Made by a program: the position numbers and the translations under genes | Source: Octopus sinensis | Lineage: Eukaryota | Direction: 5' to 3' | DNA length: 64,000 nucleotides | Assembly (NCBI RefSeq): GCF_006345805.1 | Contig: NC_043011.1 | Location: 29,772,464-29,836,463, forward strand | The notes under the pieces: model-generated | Told to the model about the DNA's origin: nothing | Database searches by the model: none | What the model saw: only the letters and a program-made list of their open reading frames with translations | Shown here: positions 38,148 through 52,087 of the stretch, in pieces | Numbering within the stretch: the first letter of the stretch is position 1 | How the letters are laid out: each line of letters begins with the position of its first letter

Positions 38148-38359
38148 ACTTTATTTGCTATTACAAATTTGCTCTTAAAATATCTAATATCCTTCACGGT
38201 TTAAATCTGCTGACTGACTTGACTGACTTGACAGCATTCACCCGGGGTGGGTTGAGCTGGCTTGGGTGAATGCTGTCGAATCAGTCAAGTCAGTCAGCAG
38301 ATTTGAACCATGAAGGATATCAGATACGTTAAGAGCAAATTTGTAATAGAAAATAAAGT
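38148..38359. repeat. Foldback element, ~96-bp inverted arms with 20-nt spacer
   Basis: actttatt..gcattcaccc versus gggtgaatgc..aataaagt. Confidence 0.85.
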
Positions 38360-38465
38360 TTAAATCTGCGCTGTTAATTGATTCAACATTTTATGTCTGT
38401 CTGTCTATCTATCTATCTATATACACACAAACACACACACACACACACATGTATATGTATATATA

Positions 38466-38512
<47 letters not shown>

Positions 38513-38842
38513 GAGAGAGAGAGAGCGCAGACACATGGCCTAGTTGTTAGGGTGTTGCACTCACAATTGTGAGGTGATGGTTGCAATTATTTGACCTGGC
38601 CCTGCATTGCGTTCTTGAGCAAAACACTTCATCTCACATTATTCTGTGATCACATTGACAACTGAGACATGGCACACCATCCACAGTCACCAGTAAAATT
38701 TCCACTTATTTCATATTTTCATTTTCCTACAATTTTCGTTGCGTCTTGCAAAGGCTATCCTATCTATGTTTTACAAGAATCCTAACATACACACATACAA
38801 ACACATGCACACGTATGCACACATACACACACATACATACAT

Positions 38843-38873
<31 letters not shown>

Positions 38874-39421
38874 ATGGGCTTCTTCTCAGTTTCTGCTTGC
38901 CAATTCCACTCAAGATATTGATCAGTCAGGGTTGTATTGAAGACACTTGTCCAAGGTACCATGCAGAAGGCCTGAACCATGAACCTTCTGATTGCAAAGT
39001 AAACATCCTAACCACACAACCATGTTACATCTACAATCATACTGAAATAAAAATGCACATTTATGTTGTTTTTCTTCTTATTTGCTATGACCAAACATAA
39101 AACATTAAAAAAATGTGTATTTAGATAAGCGCACACACACACACACATACACACAAACAGAAATCTCTTGCCATATCACAGTTCACCTATCGTGCACTCA
39201 GTACATCATGGTTCACCTATCACGTACTCAGTACATTGCAGATTTTTATGGCTAATATATGTAAATTTATATCACAGATTCCTCAGTATATTTGTATTTC
39301 TGTGGCCAATAGCTATTTATATATTTTTAAATTTTAACTATTTCTGTGGGTGGTTTTGGAACATAACACCCGCAATAGTTAAGGAATTACTGTATATATA
39401 TATATATATGTATATATGTAT

Positions 39422-39464
<43 letters not shown>

Positions 39465-40844
39465 GTCAGCATCTTTAGACAGTGGCCGGCATAATAGAAT
39501 AGGAGCTTTATTTGCATATTCAAAGTGTTTCCTGTATACAAATTTAAAAGATATGTATTTATAAATATATATGTATATATGTACTTGCCTGATATATTTT
39601 AGAGGCCCTGGCTTTGAAGATGTCACAGAGCGAGAAAACATGTTCCTCGCTACTGGCACCCAGCGGTTGAATACTTTACACAACATTAAGGAATATTGGT
39701 TTTATAATACTTTCACTAAATATAAATAAATCTGAAATTAGAAAGAAAAAGAAAACATATATCAGATTAAGTGTGTGACATTATGAAAGGAAAGTAATAA
39801 TATTATTAGTCTTCTACTTGTTTCAGTCATTAGACTGTGGCCATACTGGGGCACCAAATAATTTTGTAGTCCTTTTTTTTCTTCTTGTTTTTGCTTGATT
39901 TTTTTTCTATTTGTGAAAAAGGAATTGTATTTCAACAGAAATCATCATCATCATCATCATCCAATTTTTTAAATCTGGGTTTTGTCCCCTTTAACCATGG
40001 GGTGGCTAGATCTACCTCAATGCCATAACAACCGAGGTAGGCAGGTGCAGTCCACTCCAACCTTCGGGCTGGCTGGTGCCCATTCTCCTTTGCTATCATG
40101 AGGCTTTTTTGGACCTGGATTTTCTACGAGGAGCATGCCCTTGCTTACCCACCGACCTCAGTTTCTAGACATGAGTGGTCCTGAGACCAAGGCCTCTACC
40201 ACGATTTTTAAGAAATGTGATGGGAAATTAGCTCAGGAAGGCAGGGACTCTACTCCCTGAGACCCCTTTCAAAGCCCCCTACTACTTACAAATATAGTGA
40301 GAAATGGATTAACTGAATAATGTATTTATATATAATGGCGAAAGACCACGGAAAACATTGGAAAAACCGTAAGAGAAGTTACAAAGATATTGAGCCATGC
40401 CAATAAGTTGTTGAGGGATTAAAATCTATTGTAATATAGTATGTATCATGGATATTTTCCCTTTGAACAGCAGATCGAGAAATTAATTTTTTGTAACTAA
40501 ACACTTTCAAACTTCGGACACTGGTAGAATGTGTCATATAAAACATTTTTTACTCCTAGCATTCTTGAGAAAAGTTTCTATTTATGAAGTTATTTTGTGT
40601 TAAAGTTGTCGTAATTCGGTATCCAGCCATAGAAACCAAACCAAATCAAACCAGACTGGGACCTGGTACATCTCTCCAGCTTACCAGTTCCAGTCAAACT
40701 GTCTAACCCATGCCAGTATGGAAAATGGATACTAAACGACGATGATGATGATAATGAAGATGATGATGAAGATGATAATGATGATGATGATGATGTACAA
40801 ACACACACTTTGCTTCATGTTTTATATATATAAAAACCAATATA

Positions 40845-41080
40845 TATTTCTTTACTACCCACAAGGGGCTAAACACAGAGGGGACAAACAAGGACATACA
40901 AGCGGATTAAGTCGATTACATCGACCCCAGTGCGTAACTGGTACTTAATTTATCGACCCCGACAGGATGAAAGGCAAAGTCGACCTTGGCGGAATTTGAA
41001 CTCAGAACGTAGCAACAGACGAAATACTGCTGAGCATTTTGCCCGACGTGCTAACATTTCTGCCAGCTTGCCGCCTTAAT
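40845..41080 (-). mobile_element. Family-B SINE, young copy
   Basis: Reverse complement of 2062-2293 with CpGs retained. Confidence 0.85.
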
Positions 41081-41821
41081 AAATATTGAAACAATAACGT
41101 CTAGATAGTGTTGTGAAAGGATACACCCTTGTCCCTTGCACAACCATCATAAATGCAGTAAATAAGTGATGATTAGCCAAAGAGAAAGATTTAACCAATG
41201 ATACTATTGTTCAATAAATACTGATCATAAAATATCATTAAAAATTTTAAATCTGAGACCTTCTGCTCATAAAAATATATTTAATCATTAAAATAAACCA
41301 AAAGTCTTTTGAAGTGTGCAATATCTATAAAAATCTATGGGTAGATATACACATACACGTTTGTGCGAGGTCTGATAGCTATGTATATATTATAAATCAT
41401 GAAAAATTTATAAATAATCATACACACTAATCAGTCAATCAATCAATACAGTTTATGATTAAATTAATTTTATAATATTAAATGTAGGGAACATTAAAAA
41501 TCTAATCAGAAATAATTGTGTATTGAGATGTAAAGACAATATTTAATCTTTGGCAACATTTTTTTATGATTATTCCAGCAAGGGTAGAACATACCCTTTC
41601 AGCTGGGTTTTGCCTGTGGATCCTTTTAGAAAATTTGCTGACAGTTGCTTCTGATAGGATCCTCAGGTGGGCTTCTCTTGAGGACTCTGCTCCCATGATC
41701 TTTAAAGGAATAAGGCACTATGAAAATGGATGGATGGAAGCATGGGTAGATAAATGAATGAATGGGTGGAATTCCAGTTAGCAAACCTTCTCTATACTTG
41801 GTAAAGTAGTGATGAGAAATT

Positions 41822-41855
<34 letters not shown>

Positions 41856-42405
41856 GTTGTCGTCGTTGTCATTGTCATTGTCATCATCGTATTTTTCATT
41901 GTCATTGATGCTGTCATCATTGTTCTAATGTCCACTTTACTATTGCTGACATGGGTTGGATGAAATTGTTGACAGATTCTCTATGGTCAAATGCCCTTCT
42001 TGTGGTGACCAAGCCTCACCTGTTTGAAAGCAAGCTAATATTTCTCCATGATGGTGTTGAGCTGGCAGAACCATTAGTATGTCTGGACAAAGTACTTAGT
42101 GGCATTTTGTCTGTCTTCACGTTCTGAGTTCAAATTCTGCTGACGTTGACTTTGCCTTTCATCCTTTTGGGGTCAATAAAATAGGTACTAAGTGAGCACG
42201 GGGGGGGGGGGGTGTCAACGTTATCAGCTTATCCCTTCCATGAACTTGCAGTTCTTGTGCCAAATTTGAGACCAGTATTTCTTCATGATCAGACATGGCT
42301 CAGAAGATTGGAAATGACAGTCACTGTATGACAGTGACATTCACTGTCAACTACCAAACAATGTCAAAAGAATGAAACTGTAACACACATACACATGAAT
42401 GTATG

Positions 42406-42830
42406 AAGGGCCGGATTAAGACCCATCAAGGCCCTGAGCACTTAAAAGATTTTGGCACCCCCGTAAAAGATTATGTAATTCAAAATAGAAACAATGAGAA
42501 ACCTTAAAATAGATTATTATTTTTCAAAACAAAACAAAACAGTAAGAGGGAAAATAATGTTTATTTTTGTATACTTCCGCTTTATTTATATTTGAAAAGT
42601 TTCCTTCTACTTTTTTGAATTGCAAAGTCTTTGATCAGATCCTGAAAATTAATCTTAGGTAACACACCTGCATCTATACTTCATAGAGATTAAGGCATCC
42701 CAGATATTATTTTAACAAGTTTAAAGTGATTTCTTTTCTGCTGTAAACCATTTACCATTTCTGTGGTGCCCCCTCCTTCCCTTGATGCCCTAAGCATGTG
42801 TTTAGTTTGCTTAATGGTTAATCCAGGATG
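42406..42830. mobile_element. Degenerate non-autonomous hAT-like element
   Basis: Left end agggccggattaa, right end ttaatccaggatg, mirrored subterminal gccct.agca and ggcacccc/ggtgcccc motifs. TSD not resolved. Confidence 0.5.
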
Positions 42831-43852
42831 CATTGTGCATGCACAGATACATATATACATATTCATTTATTATAGGCTTACAGCTGTTTCAGATATACAT
42901 TTGGGTGAATTCATGGTTCAATTTTATCAATTGATTGAGTGAGTAACTGAAAATATAAGAAATGACCTTCGCAATAGGCTTATTTTAGTTTCTGTGTACC
43001 AAACTTGCTCTCAAGGTTTTGATCAGCCCAGGGCCATGGAAGTAGACACTTGGTTAGGAAGTAAATGTTCTATCACATAGCCATGCCTGCCTGTCCCTAT
43101 TCTATGATCAAATAGACATATATGATACACAAGTAAAATGTTCATAAAGGAATTGTGGAGGCACATGGCCTAGTGGTTAGAGCAGTGGACTCGCAGTCGA
43201 GTGATCACTGGTTCGAATCTCAGACCGAGCGATGTGAGTGTTTATGAGCGAAACACCTAAGCTCCACGCGGCTCTGGAAGTAGGTAATGGCGAACTTCTG
43301 CTGACTCTTTCGCCACAACTTTCTCTCACTCTTCCCTCCTGCACCTTGCAGCTCACCTGCGAGGAACCAGCATCCCATCCAGGTGGGGAACCTATACGCC
43401 AAGGAAACAGGGAAACTGGCCCTTATGAGCCAGGCATGGCTCGAGAAGGAACAAACAAAACATTAGGAATTACAGGGGCGTGATCCACATGAAAAAACAA
43501 TAGCATTGTTCAGCGCTATCATGTTTACTGAGGAATTAGAAATAATTATATGGTGACAAAAAACAAAAAACAAGAAATAATATAAGTCAATAATCAACAT
43601 CAGCATATTTCATATTACACTCAATTGTGATTAAATTTTGTAAGCATTTTCGCTTTGTTGTTAGATAGTTTTTTTATGGATGTGTGACACCAGGAAAGAA
43701 AGGGAATGAGGTGAGGGAGACGTTCATTTCCAAACCACCTTGCTTAAATGAAGGGGCATCTCTATACAGACGATTGGCTTGTTAGAAATAGCAGCAGTCA
43801 AACCTCTTTTAAATTATATACCACTGTTTTAAGAATATAAGTAATGCAAATC

Positions 43853-43884
<32 letters not shown>

Positions 43885-43909
43885 ATATTCATATACATAT
43901 ACATATATA

Positions 43910-43946
<37 letters not shown>

Positions 43947-43974
43947 CATATTCATATACATACATATGTATATT

Positions 43975-44009
<35 letters not shown>

Positions 44010-44045
44010 TATATATGTGCATATTCATATACATACATATGTATA

Positions 44046-44090
<45 letters not shown>

Positions 44091-44182
44091 ATATATATGT
44101 ATATATGTAATTCATATATATATATATTATATATATATATATATATATAATATATATACACATATATGTATATATATGTATA

Positions 44183-44250
<68 letters not shown>

Positions 44251-44429
44251 TATGTATATTCATATATATATATATATATTCATATACATATATACATATA
44301 CATATTATATATATATTTACATACATATATAACACATATATATATATTATACATATATGCATATATATATACACATATATACACCTATATATCTATACAT
44401 ACATACATATTTATATATATATATATATA

Positions 44430-44740
44430 TGCCGGTGGCACATAAAAAGCACCATCCGATCGTGGCCGTTGCCAGCTTCGCATGGCCTCTATGCTGGTGG
44501 CACGTAAAAAACACCATCCGATCATGGCCATTTGCCAGCTCGTCTGGCACCTGTACCAGTGGCACGTAAAAAGCACCCACTACACTCACAGAGTGGTTGG
44601 CATTAGGAAGGGCATCCAGCTGTAGAAACATTGCCAGATCAGACTGGGCCTGGCACTGCCTTCTGGCTTCCCAGATGCCAGCTGAACCGTCCAACCCATG
44701 CTAGCATGGAAAGCGGACGCTAAACGATGATGATGATGAT
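44430..44740 (+). mobile_element. RTE 3'UTR fragment with (GAT)n tail (representative)
   Basis: Matches 24880-25093. Further copies: 3920-4220 -, 19693-19860 -, 31310-31600 -, 40590-40790 -, 50310-50720 -, 51715-51990 -, 53060-53400 +, 57140-57360 -, 61130-61340 +. Confidence 0.8.
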
Positions 44741-44778
44741 GTATGTATGTATGTATGTATGTATGTATGTATATATAT

Positions 44779-44810
<32 letters not shown>

Positions 44811-45589
44811 ATAAAGGTGGATTATTCGCAATTTACAACTAAAAGTCAGAAGTATAGATGTCACTAAATTGATTAAGGGTACTAGTTGGTACCTGCATTG
44901 CTAGAAATAAGAGTAAAAAAAACTCATAGCCATGAGAAACCACTTATCTTATGACTGATAAGGGGAGGCGGGGTTCCTACAGCATCTTGGGCATAGCCAA
45001 AGCACCAGTGATTTCGCCTATATATATATACGTATGTATAAATGTTTAGGGGTGGGACATCTTTGAATATTGGCCTGCTCAATCAGTCAGACCAGGGGCT
45101 AAAACCATCTTAAATAAGTAGTTTGCCTTAGATAATGTAGTACTACTCATACAGCCGGAAAAAAATGTAGAACTGAGTGATTACTGCCGAAGCATCTTTC
45201 ATTATAGGTCTGCTCAATCTAGATTGTCCTTGGGCTAAACAACACTGGCAACGTAGTTAATTAATACAGGAAATTCCTAATTCTAGATAGTCACAATTTA
45301 TAACAGAAGCTTGTTAAGGGAGATAACCCTAGTGTCTATAAATAGTATAAGGGAGGCTACTCTTCATAAATTATTTTTATTTACTATGTAAATGTTATAA
45401 ATGTAAACACTAGACTTGTTGCTAGGCTTCACTTAATTTTACATATCTTTTATCTTTTCTTTCGTTCATTGTACTGCAGCCGTGTGGGGCATCGGCCTTG
45501 AAGGGCTTAGTCGATCGAATCGATCCCAGTATTAATGTTTTTAAATCCGGTATTATTCTATCGATCTGTTGCGCTGAACCACTGAATTA

Positions 45590-45800
45590 TAGACGTAATG
45601 TGGGCTCCTTAACAACGCAGTCATGTCTGTGCCTATATCGTTTGATGTAGATTTCTCCGTTTGCGCCGAGCGTATCTCCCTTCTCTTTTTTGTTGTGCCA
45701 ACCCTGAAAAGTATTTGTAAGTTTCTATCGAATGAGAATAAATTACTCAGAAAACGTATCTCAGAGTCGCGATCTGCGCGAGAAAACAACAGTTAAATCA
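45590..45800. promoter_or_regulatory. CpG-rich unique island, candidate promoter/first-exon region
   Basis: 13 CpG counted in 45591-45780, in a window where unique DNA is CpG-poor. Includes gtcgcgatctgcgcga. The adjacent SINE fragment also retains its CpGs. Confidence 0.4.
45623..45716 (+). CDS. Candidate first coding exon MSVPISFDVDFSVCAERISLLFFVVPTLKSI
   Basis: ATG at 45623 with an upstream in-frame stop, 94 nt open, perfect donor TTT|gtaagt at 45717. No homology recognised; could be a 5'UTR exon. Confidence 0.3.
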
Positions 45801-45809
45801 GTCACTGTT

Positions 45810-46350
45810 TCAAATTTTGGTACAAGGCCAGAAGGTTGGAGTGGGGATGGGGAGAAAGTCGATTAAATCGACCACAGGGTTCATCTGGTACTTATTTTAT
45901 CGAAAAGATGAAAGGCAAAGTCAAGCCTGGCAGAATTTCAAGTCAGGACATAAAGACAGATGAAATGCCGCTAAACTAACGATTCTGCCAGCTAGACATC
46001 TTAGTTTCAATTTTGGCACAAGCCAGCAATTTTGGAGGAAGGAGTGACTTGATTACATCGACCCCAGGGCTCAACTGGTACTTACTTGAACTCAGAATAT
46101 AAAGACAAGCGAAATGCTGCTAAGCTCTTTTTCTGGCATGCTAACGACTCTGCCAGCTTGACGTCTCAGAGTCATTGGTAAAATATTGGTTTCAAACTTA
46201 GGCACAACGCCAGCAAGTTCAGGGGAGGGCGTAAGTCGATTACAACGACCCTAGTGATCAATTGCTACTTATTTTATCGGCCCCAAAAGTCAACCTCAGT
46301 GGAATTTGAACTCAGAATGGCATGCTAACATTTCTGTCCGTTCGCCACCT
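45810..46350 (-). mobile_element. Tandem array of three family-B SINE derivatives
   Basis: Units start tttcaa.tt..ggcacaa.gccag at ~45808, ~46005 and ~46190. Confidence 0.7.
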
Positions 46351-47579
46351 TGTTCAGGGTTTAATATATTGAATATGAAATATATGCTATGCTGAGATGA
46401 TCAAATAAGACCAAAATATATCTGGAATTTCCTCCTGCACTTGCTGAAATAAGGTTTTTGGCTTTTTAGCAACAACTGGAGGTTGAGGCAATGCCCAAGA
46501 ACTCCTGACACCCCTTCAAGACTTGTGAGGCCAAAATCATTAATATTCTGCTTGAGCTGTTGTCAATTGATGACTGTGGAGAAGGCATGCAGGGAGGGAA
46601 CTGCAGAAAGTAACATACTGAGGAAGTAAGATTAGATTAATATTAGTATGGTCTCAGTTCTTTGACCTGTCTAGAATTGGGGGCTCTTACCAGCAGTTTG
46701 TACTCTACAGGTATAGTTTTCAAGGTTGTTGAGACTCTCAAGTCCTCTCACTGCAAAAAAATACTTGACCGTGCGATGGACAGTCACATAAAGGCTTAAC
46801 TCAGTTCTCAGGATAGATTAGCATGATATAATGTGATAAGCCTGGATCTTTCAGTTATAGATAAAATTCAGAGAGAGAGAGGGAGAGAGAGAGGGGGGAG
46901 AGAGAAAGAAAGAGAGAGAGAGAAAAAGGGAGAGAGGTGACAGACAGACGACGGAGGGAGAGAGGGGGAGAGTGACAGACAGACAGACAGAGGCAAAGAC
47001 AGATAGACAGACAAATAGATAGGCAGACAGACAGACAGGCGTGCAGGCAGGCACACTGGCAGACAGAGAAAGAGGAGAAGAATCAACTCCAGACCAATGC
47101 TGTATTAATCAACCTTGAAAGCATGAAGGTAAAGTTGACCTTGATGGGATTTGAACTCATAGCACAGACGGCTAGAAGAACAAATCCTATTCAATGATCA
47201 AACCATTCTACCGCAAAACTTCAGACACAAGAGGTCATTTACCACCAGAAAATTTCTATAATTAAACAAAAAAAAAAAAAATCAAGGACTTTGCTTTAAA
47301 CTGTCAACCATGTTGAATAGTTGTAATCACCTGACTATTTGATTGAGTCACATGATATATAAAGCTCATAAATTGGATGAAGCATGTCTTGCTAGTGTTT
47401 GACTGTTATAAGCATTTTGTTTGTCTGACTTTTTGCAATTTTTATTCAGTTAGAAATGCATTATAAAATGTATCCCTCTTCTTTCTCAACCCCACAATTG
47501 ATGATCATGACTCTCTTTCCTATTTACCAACTTATTGTCATCAGCTCCAGCTCACATCCAAGTATTCGGTTTGTCAGTC

Positions 47580-48400
47580 TCCATCCAGTCTCCCCGGCAG
47601 ATGTTTACGTCAAATGTGATTTTGGAGATCAAGTCGGTAGTGAAAGAGTCACGGGCAGAATTCACACAGGATAGTCAGTGTGGATCGAGGATGTTGAAGA
47701 CGCTCCTTTCTTGTCCTGTGTTTTACCTCATCATTCTGCTGTCTGTTCTGCTAGAAGGAGCTGGCTCCATTGTGGACAGCAGTCCTCCAGGCTGTCCTAA
47801 CCATGGCAATCTGTTTTCGTGAGGATGGCTGGATGTTAGTTTGAGCTAGGATCCATTTGAGCTGGTCTTTAAAATGGACTTTGCCCCCCACCCCGGTCTT
47901 ATTCCAATTGCAACTTCTCAGGAGATGAGAGGGCTCTAGATGCTGGATGTGACTTGCCCAGCGGAGGCGATGGCGAAGAATGGTGGCTTTGACGCTTGGT
48001 AGTGAGACATAGCGAAGAACATCATTGTTGGTAATATGATCTTCCCATTGAATATTGACGATCTGTCGTAGCTTGGATTGCTGGAATCATTTAAGGTGCT
48101 TGAAGTCACGGCAGTACAGTGTCCAAATCTCACAAGCATAGAGAAGAGAGGACAGGACAATGGCACTAAAGACCATGATATTTGTCCAGATTGTCAGTGC
48201 CTGATTGAAGAATACATGTTAGCTGAGTCTACCGAAGGTGGAGTGGGCTGTCTTTTTCAAATGTGGGGGTCTTCAAAAGAATACTCCCAAGGTATGAGAA
48301 GTATTCAACTTCTTCTAGGGGCTGGCTGTTGATGCTAATATTCGTAGGTAGACTTTATATTGTTGTTATTATGTTAAACTGTCGTAGGTTCAAATTTAGC
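47580..48400 (-). mobile_element. Decayed BovB-like RTE LINE, ORF2 C-terminal part
   Basis: Minus-strand pieces INSQPLEEVEYFSYLGS, IVLSSLLYACEIWTLY, IQWEDHITNNDVL, RHRLRWASHI, RTAWRTAVHNGAS and a terminal CEFC..H..H-type motif. Several stops and frameshifts. Confidence 0.8.
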
Positions 48401-48607
48401 CAAATGCGGTTTTTTCAATATTTATTTTTATTTGCAATAGCCAGTTTTTTTTTTGTCAGACTTTTGTATCTCTAGCTGCTTCAGATGCCAAGATATCAAA
48501 ATTTGTCCAAGTCTAGTACAATGGTTTTGCTATGGAATGGTGAAACATCTTTTTCATTTTCTGAAAGAGCAACATTTTGGACTTATGGCACTTGTGCATA
48601 ATAGCAA

Positions 48608-48651
<44 letters not shown>

Positions 48652-49329
48652 TATATATATATGTATATATATATGTATGTATGTGTGTGTGTGGTGTGTG
48701 TGTATATATATATATATAATTAATTAATTATTTGTAAACCACTTCATGCTTACTATTTTCTGACATATAAAATCACTTCTTTCCTCATTTTTTTTACTTT
48801 AGTTGTGGGTAAAATTGGCATTTGTGTTTTTTACTCAAAAAGAGGATTATATTTTCTCAGACAAGCCATTTCATTATATATATATAGAATAAAAATCCCT
48901 TTCAGTCATGAATGACATAGGATTACACTTAGAAAGTTCCCCTACAAGGCACAAGTCCAGGCAAGGTTGTTTATTGAAAACTAGGAGTCGCCCATGCATA
49001 CCAGCCCCCCCTCTCCATGCCACCAAAGTTATCCAAGGGAAAGGCAAAGGCCAGTACAGCTTGCCACCAGTGATGTCACAATTCATTTCTACAGATCAGT
49101 GAACTGGAGCAACGTGAAATAAAGTGTCTTGCTCAAGAACACTACACACAGCCCACTCTAAAAATTTAACTCAGTACATCATGATTGTGAGCCCAACACT
49201 CTAACCACTGAGTCATGCATCTGCTATTCGAAAGGGGGATCAAATTTTCTCAGACAAGTCATTTCATTATTTATATTGTATAAAAACCTCCTTTGGTCAT
49301 ATATATATATATATATATATATTACTTTT

Positions 49330-49545
49330 ACACGTTTCAGTCATTTGACTGTGGTCATGCTGGAGCATCACCTTGAGGGGTTTTAGCTGAACAAATTGAC
49401 CCAAGGACTTTCTTTTCAGCCTAGTACTTACTCTATCAGTCTCTTTTGCTGAGCTGCTAAGTTACAGAAACATAAACACACCAACACTGGTTGTGAAGCA
49501 GAGACAAATGCAGATACAAAGACACATGCACTCACAAATATGTAC

Positions 49546-49578
<33 letters not shown>

Positions 49579-49604
49579 TGTGTGTATGTATGTATGTGTG
49601 TATG

Positions 49605-49657
<53 letters not shown>

Positions 49658-49810
49658 GATGAGTTTCTTTCAGTTTCCGTCTACCAAATCCACTCACAAG
49701 GCTTTGGTCAGCCCAAGGCTATAATAGAAGACACTAGCCCAAGGTGCTATGCAGCAGGACTGAACCCAGAACCATGTGGTTGGGAAGTAAGCTTCTTGGG
49801 ACACAGTCAC
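49330..49810 (-). mobile_element. Family-A SINE
   Basis: Reverse complement of the reference copy. Confidence 0.8.
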
Positions 49811-50749
49811 ATATATACAGTTTACTGTTATGTTAAAGTAAGATCAACAAAAAATTCTCTACCAAGTTAGAGATAAATATTTAATGTACACAGTATAAAT
49901 ATAGAAGCTATTAATAGTCATTTGTTTTGAAAATGCATATCTATGCATGTTTTTGTGACACACCTCTTGTCTCCAAATGATTTTTGGGCCCTGACCACAT
50001 GCTCTGTTCAATTTGCAAATCAGGACAGTGGTAGAAGAGAAATCACAAATCACAAGAAAAAGAACAAGAAGGTTGATGCAAAAAAAAAGCATAAGCTCTA
50101 ACAGATTATTAATGGTTGGTATTAGATAGATTATAAGCTTCACTTACTAAACCATAACATTTTGACAATCAGTTATAAAACAATATATATTATCATCGGT
50201 AAAATTTAGCAAAAATATCTTCATCACTTAATGAATAAATAAAATGGTAAACTTCTAAATTCAAAAGCATTCATATTCTAATATAAAACTGTTTGCTTTC
50301 TACTAAAGGTACATCATCATCATCATCGTTTAATGTCTGTTTTCCATGCTGGCATGGGTTGAATGTTTCGACTGGGGTCAGGGAAGCCAGGTGTTTCTAC
50401 AGTTGGATGCCCTTCCTAATGCCAACCACTCTGAGAGTGTAGTGGGTGCTTTTTATGTGCTACCGGTACAGGGGCTAGAGAGGGTTGGCATCAACCATGT
50501 TTGGATGGTGCTTTAACATGCCACCGGCATGGGAGCCAGTTGGGGCGAGGGAGCTGGCATTGGCCACGTTCGGATGGTGCTTTTTACGTGCCACCAGTCC
50601 AGGAGCCAGTTGGGGCAAGGAAGCTGGCATCGATCACGTTTGGATGGTGCTTTTTATGTGCCACTTGCATGGGGAGCCAGACAGGCAATCCTGGCATCAG
50701 CCACAACTACAATTTCCATTTGATTGTGGTTTGATTTGAGGGGGAATAG

Positions 50750-51045
50750 TCAATTGCATGAACCCCAGTGTTTTACTGTTACCTAATTTATTGACCCCCG
50801 AAAGGAGGAAAGGCAAAGTCAACCTAGGCAGAATTTGAACTCAGAACGTAGAGACAAACAAAATACCTCTAAGCATTTCATAGTATTTCGTTTGTCTTTA
50901 TGTTCTGAGTTCAAACTCTGCTGAGGTCGACTTTGCCTTTCATCCTTTCGGGATCAATAAATTAAATACCAGTTGCATATTGGGGTCAGTCTAATCGACT
51001 GGCCTCCTCCCTCAAAATTTCAGGCCTTGTGCCTAGAGTAGAAAA
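50750..51045. mobile_element. Two family-B SINEs head-to-head
   Basis: 50750-50867 (-) and 50883-51045 (+) are reverse complements separated by ~15 nt. Confidence 0.8.
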
Positions 51046-52087
51046 GAATATAAAGCTCTTTGCTTTACACCAAAACATATAAGACAGTTGAGAATTCCTT
51101 TAGCTTTACTCATTATTCATGTCCCATAGCTGAGTTGTATTTACTCTTTCTATTTAAACAACCACCACGTGAAAACTTACTAATCTAAACTAATAAAATA
51201 TACTAAACAGCTGCTGTAATAGACAATCAAGTGATAGTCTGATCAATTGCTTTCTCATAACTCAAACTATGATGTTGCTCAAAATATAGATCTTAACATG
51301 TGTGTTGTATTGGTCTTTACTTAGCCATCTATCATAGTCTTTATCGAGACAGCTGGTAGACAGAGTTTCGCCCTCATTCCCACAATTCCACATATCTCTC
51401 ACTTCTCTTTAAAAGATATATGATGACAATTCAGCTATTCATGTCATTTAAGAGTTACTTCCCCTAATTCCTCTTCTCTCCCTCTCCATTATATATTTAT
51501 ATATATAGAAAGACACGCACGCACATATAGTTGGATACCGGTATGTGAAGAGTTTTCCTGAAGAAAATTTTAATTTGCACAATGATCTGAAGTTTGACCA
51601 ATGAACATCAAGCAGACTATGCATGCATATAAGTGACTGGGGGGGGGGGGCTATTCACCTAGTGAACTGGGATTTGAATAACAAACAGTGAGTAGACGCC
51701 TCCTCCTCCTCCTCATCATCATCATCATCATCATCCCCACCACCACCACCACCAACACCAACACTACTTAACATCCATTTTCCATGTCGGTATGAGTTGG
51801 ATGGTTTGACAGGAGCTGGCTGGGTCAAAAGCCACACCAGGCTCCTTACTCTGTTTTGGCTGTGTTTCTATGGCTGGATGCCCCTCCTAATGCCAACCAC
51901 CCCACAGAGTGTACTGGGTACATTTTACATGACACTAGCACCTGTGTTTTCTATGTGACACCAGCACCAGTGCCCTTTATATGGCACCATCATCAAAAGG
52001 GTCATCAAGCCCTACTGAACTAGGAGTGGGGAGTAGTATTGAGTGGGGTGACTTTGTGCTGGTTAGTGAGAGATTTAAGGTATAGAG

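Noticed and set aside
50024-50101. Basic ORF end DSGRREITNHKKKNKKVDAKKKHKL*
   Set aside because: Lys-richness is expected from A-rich DNA; no supporting upstream exon.
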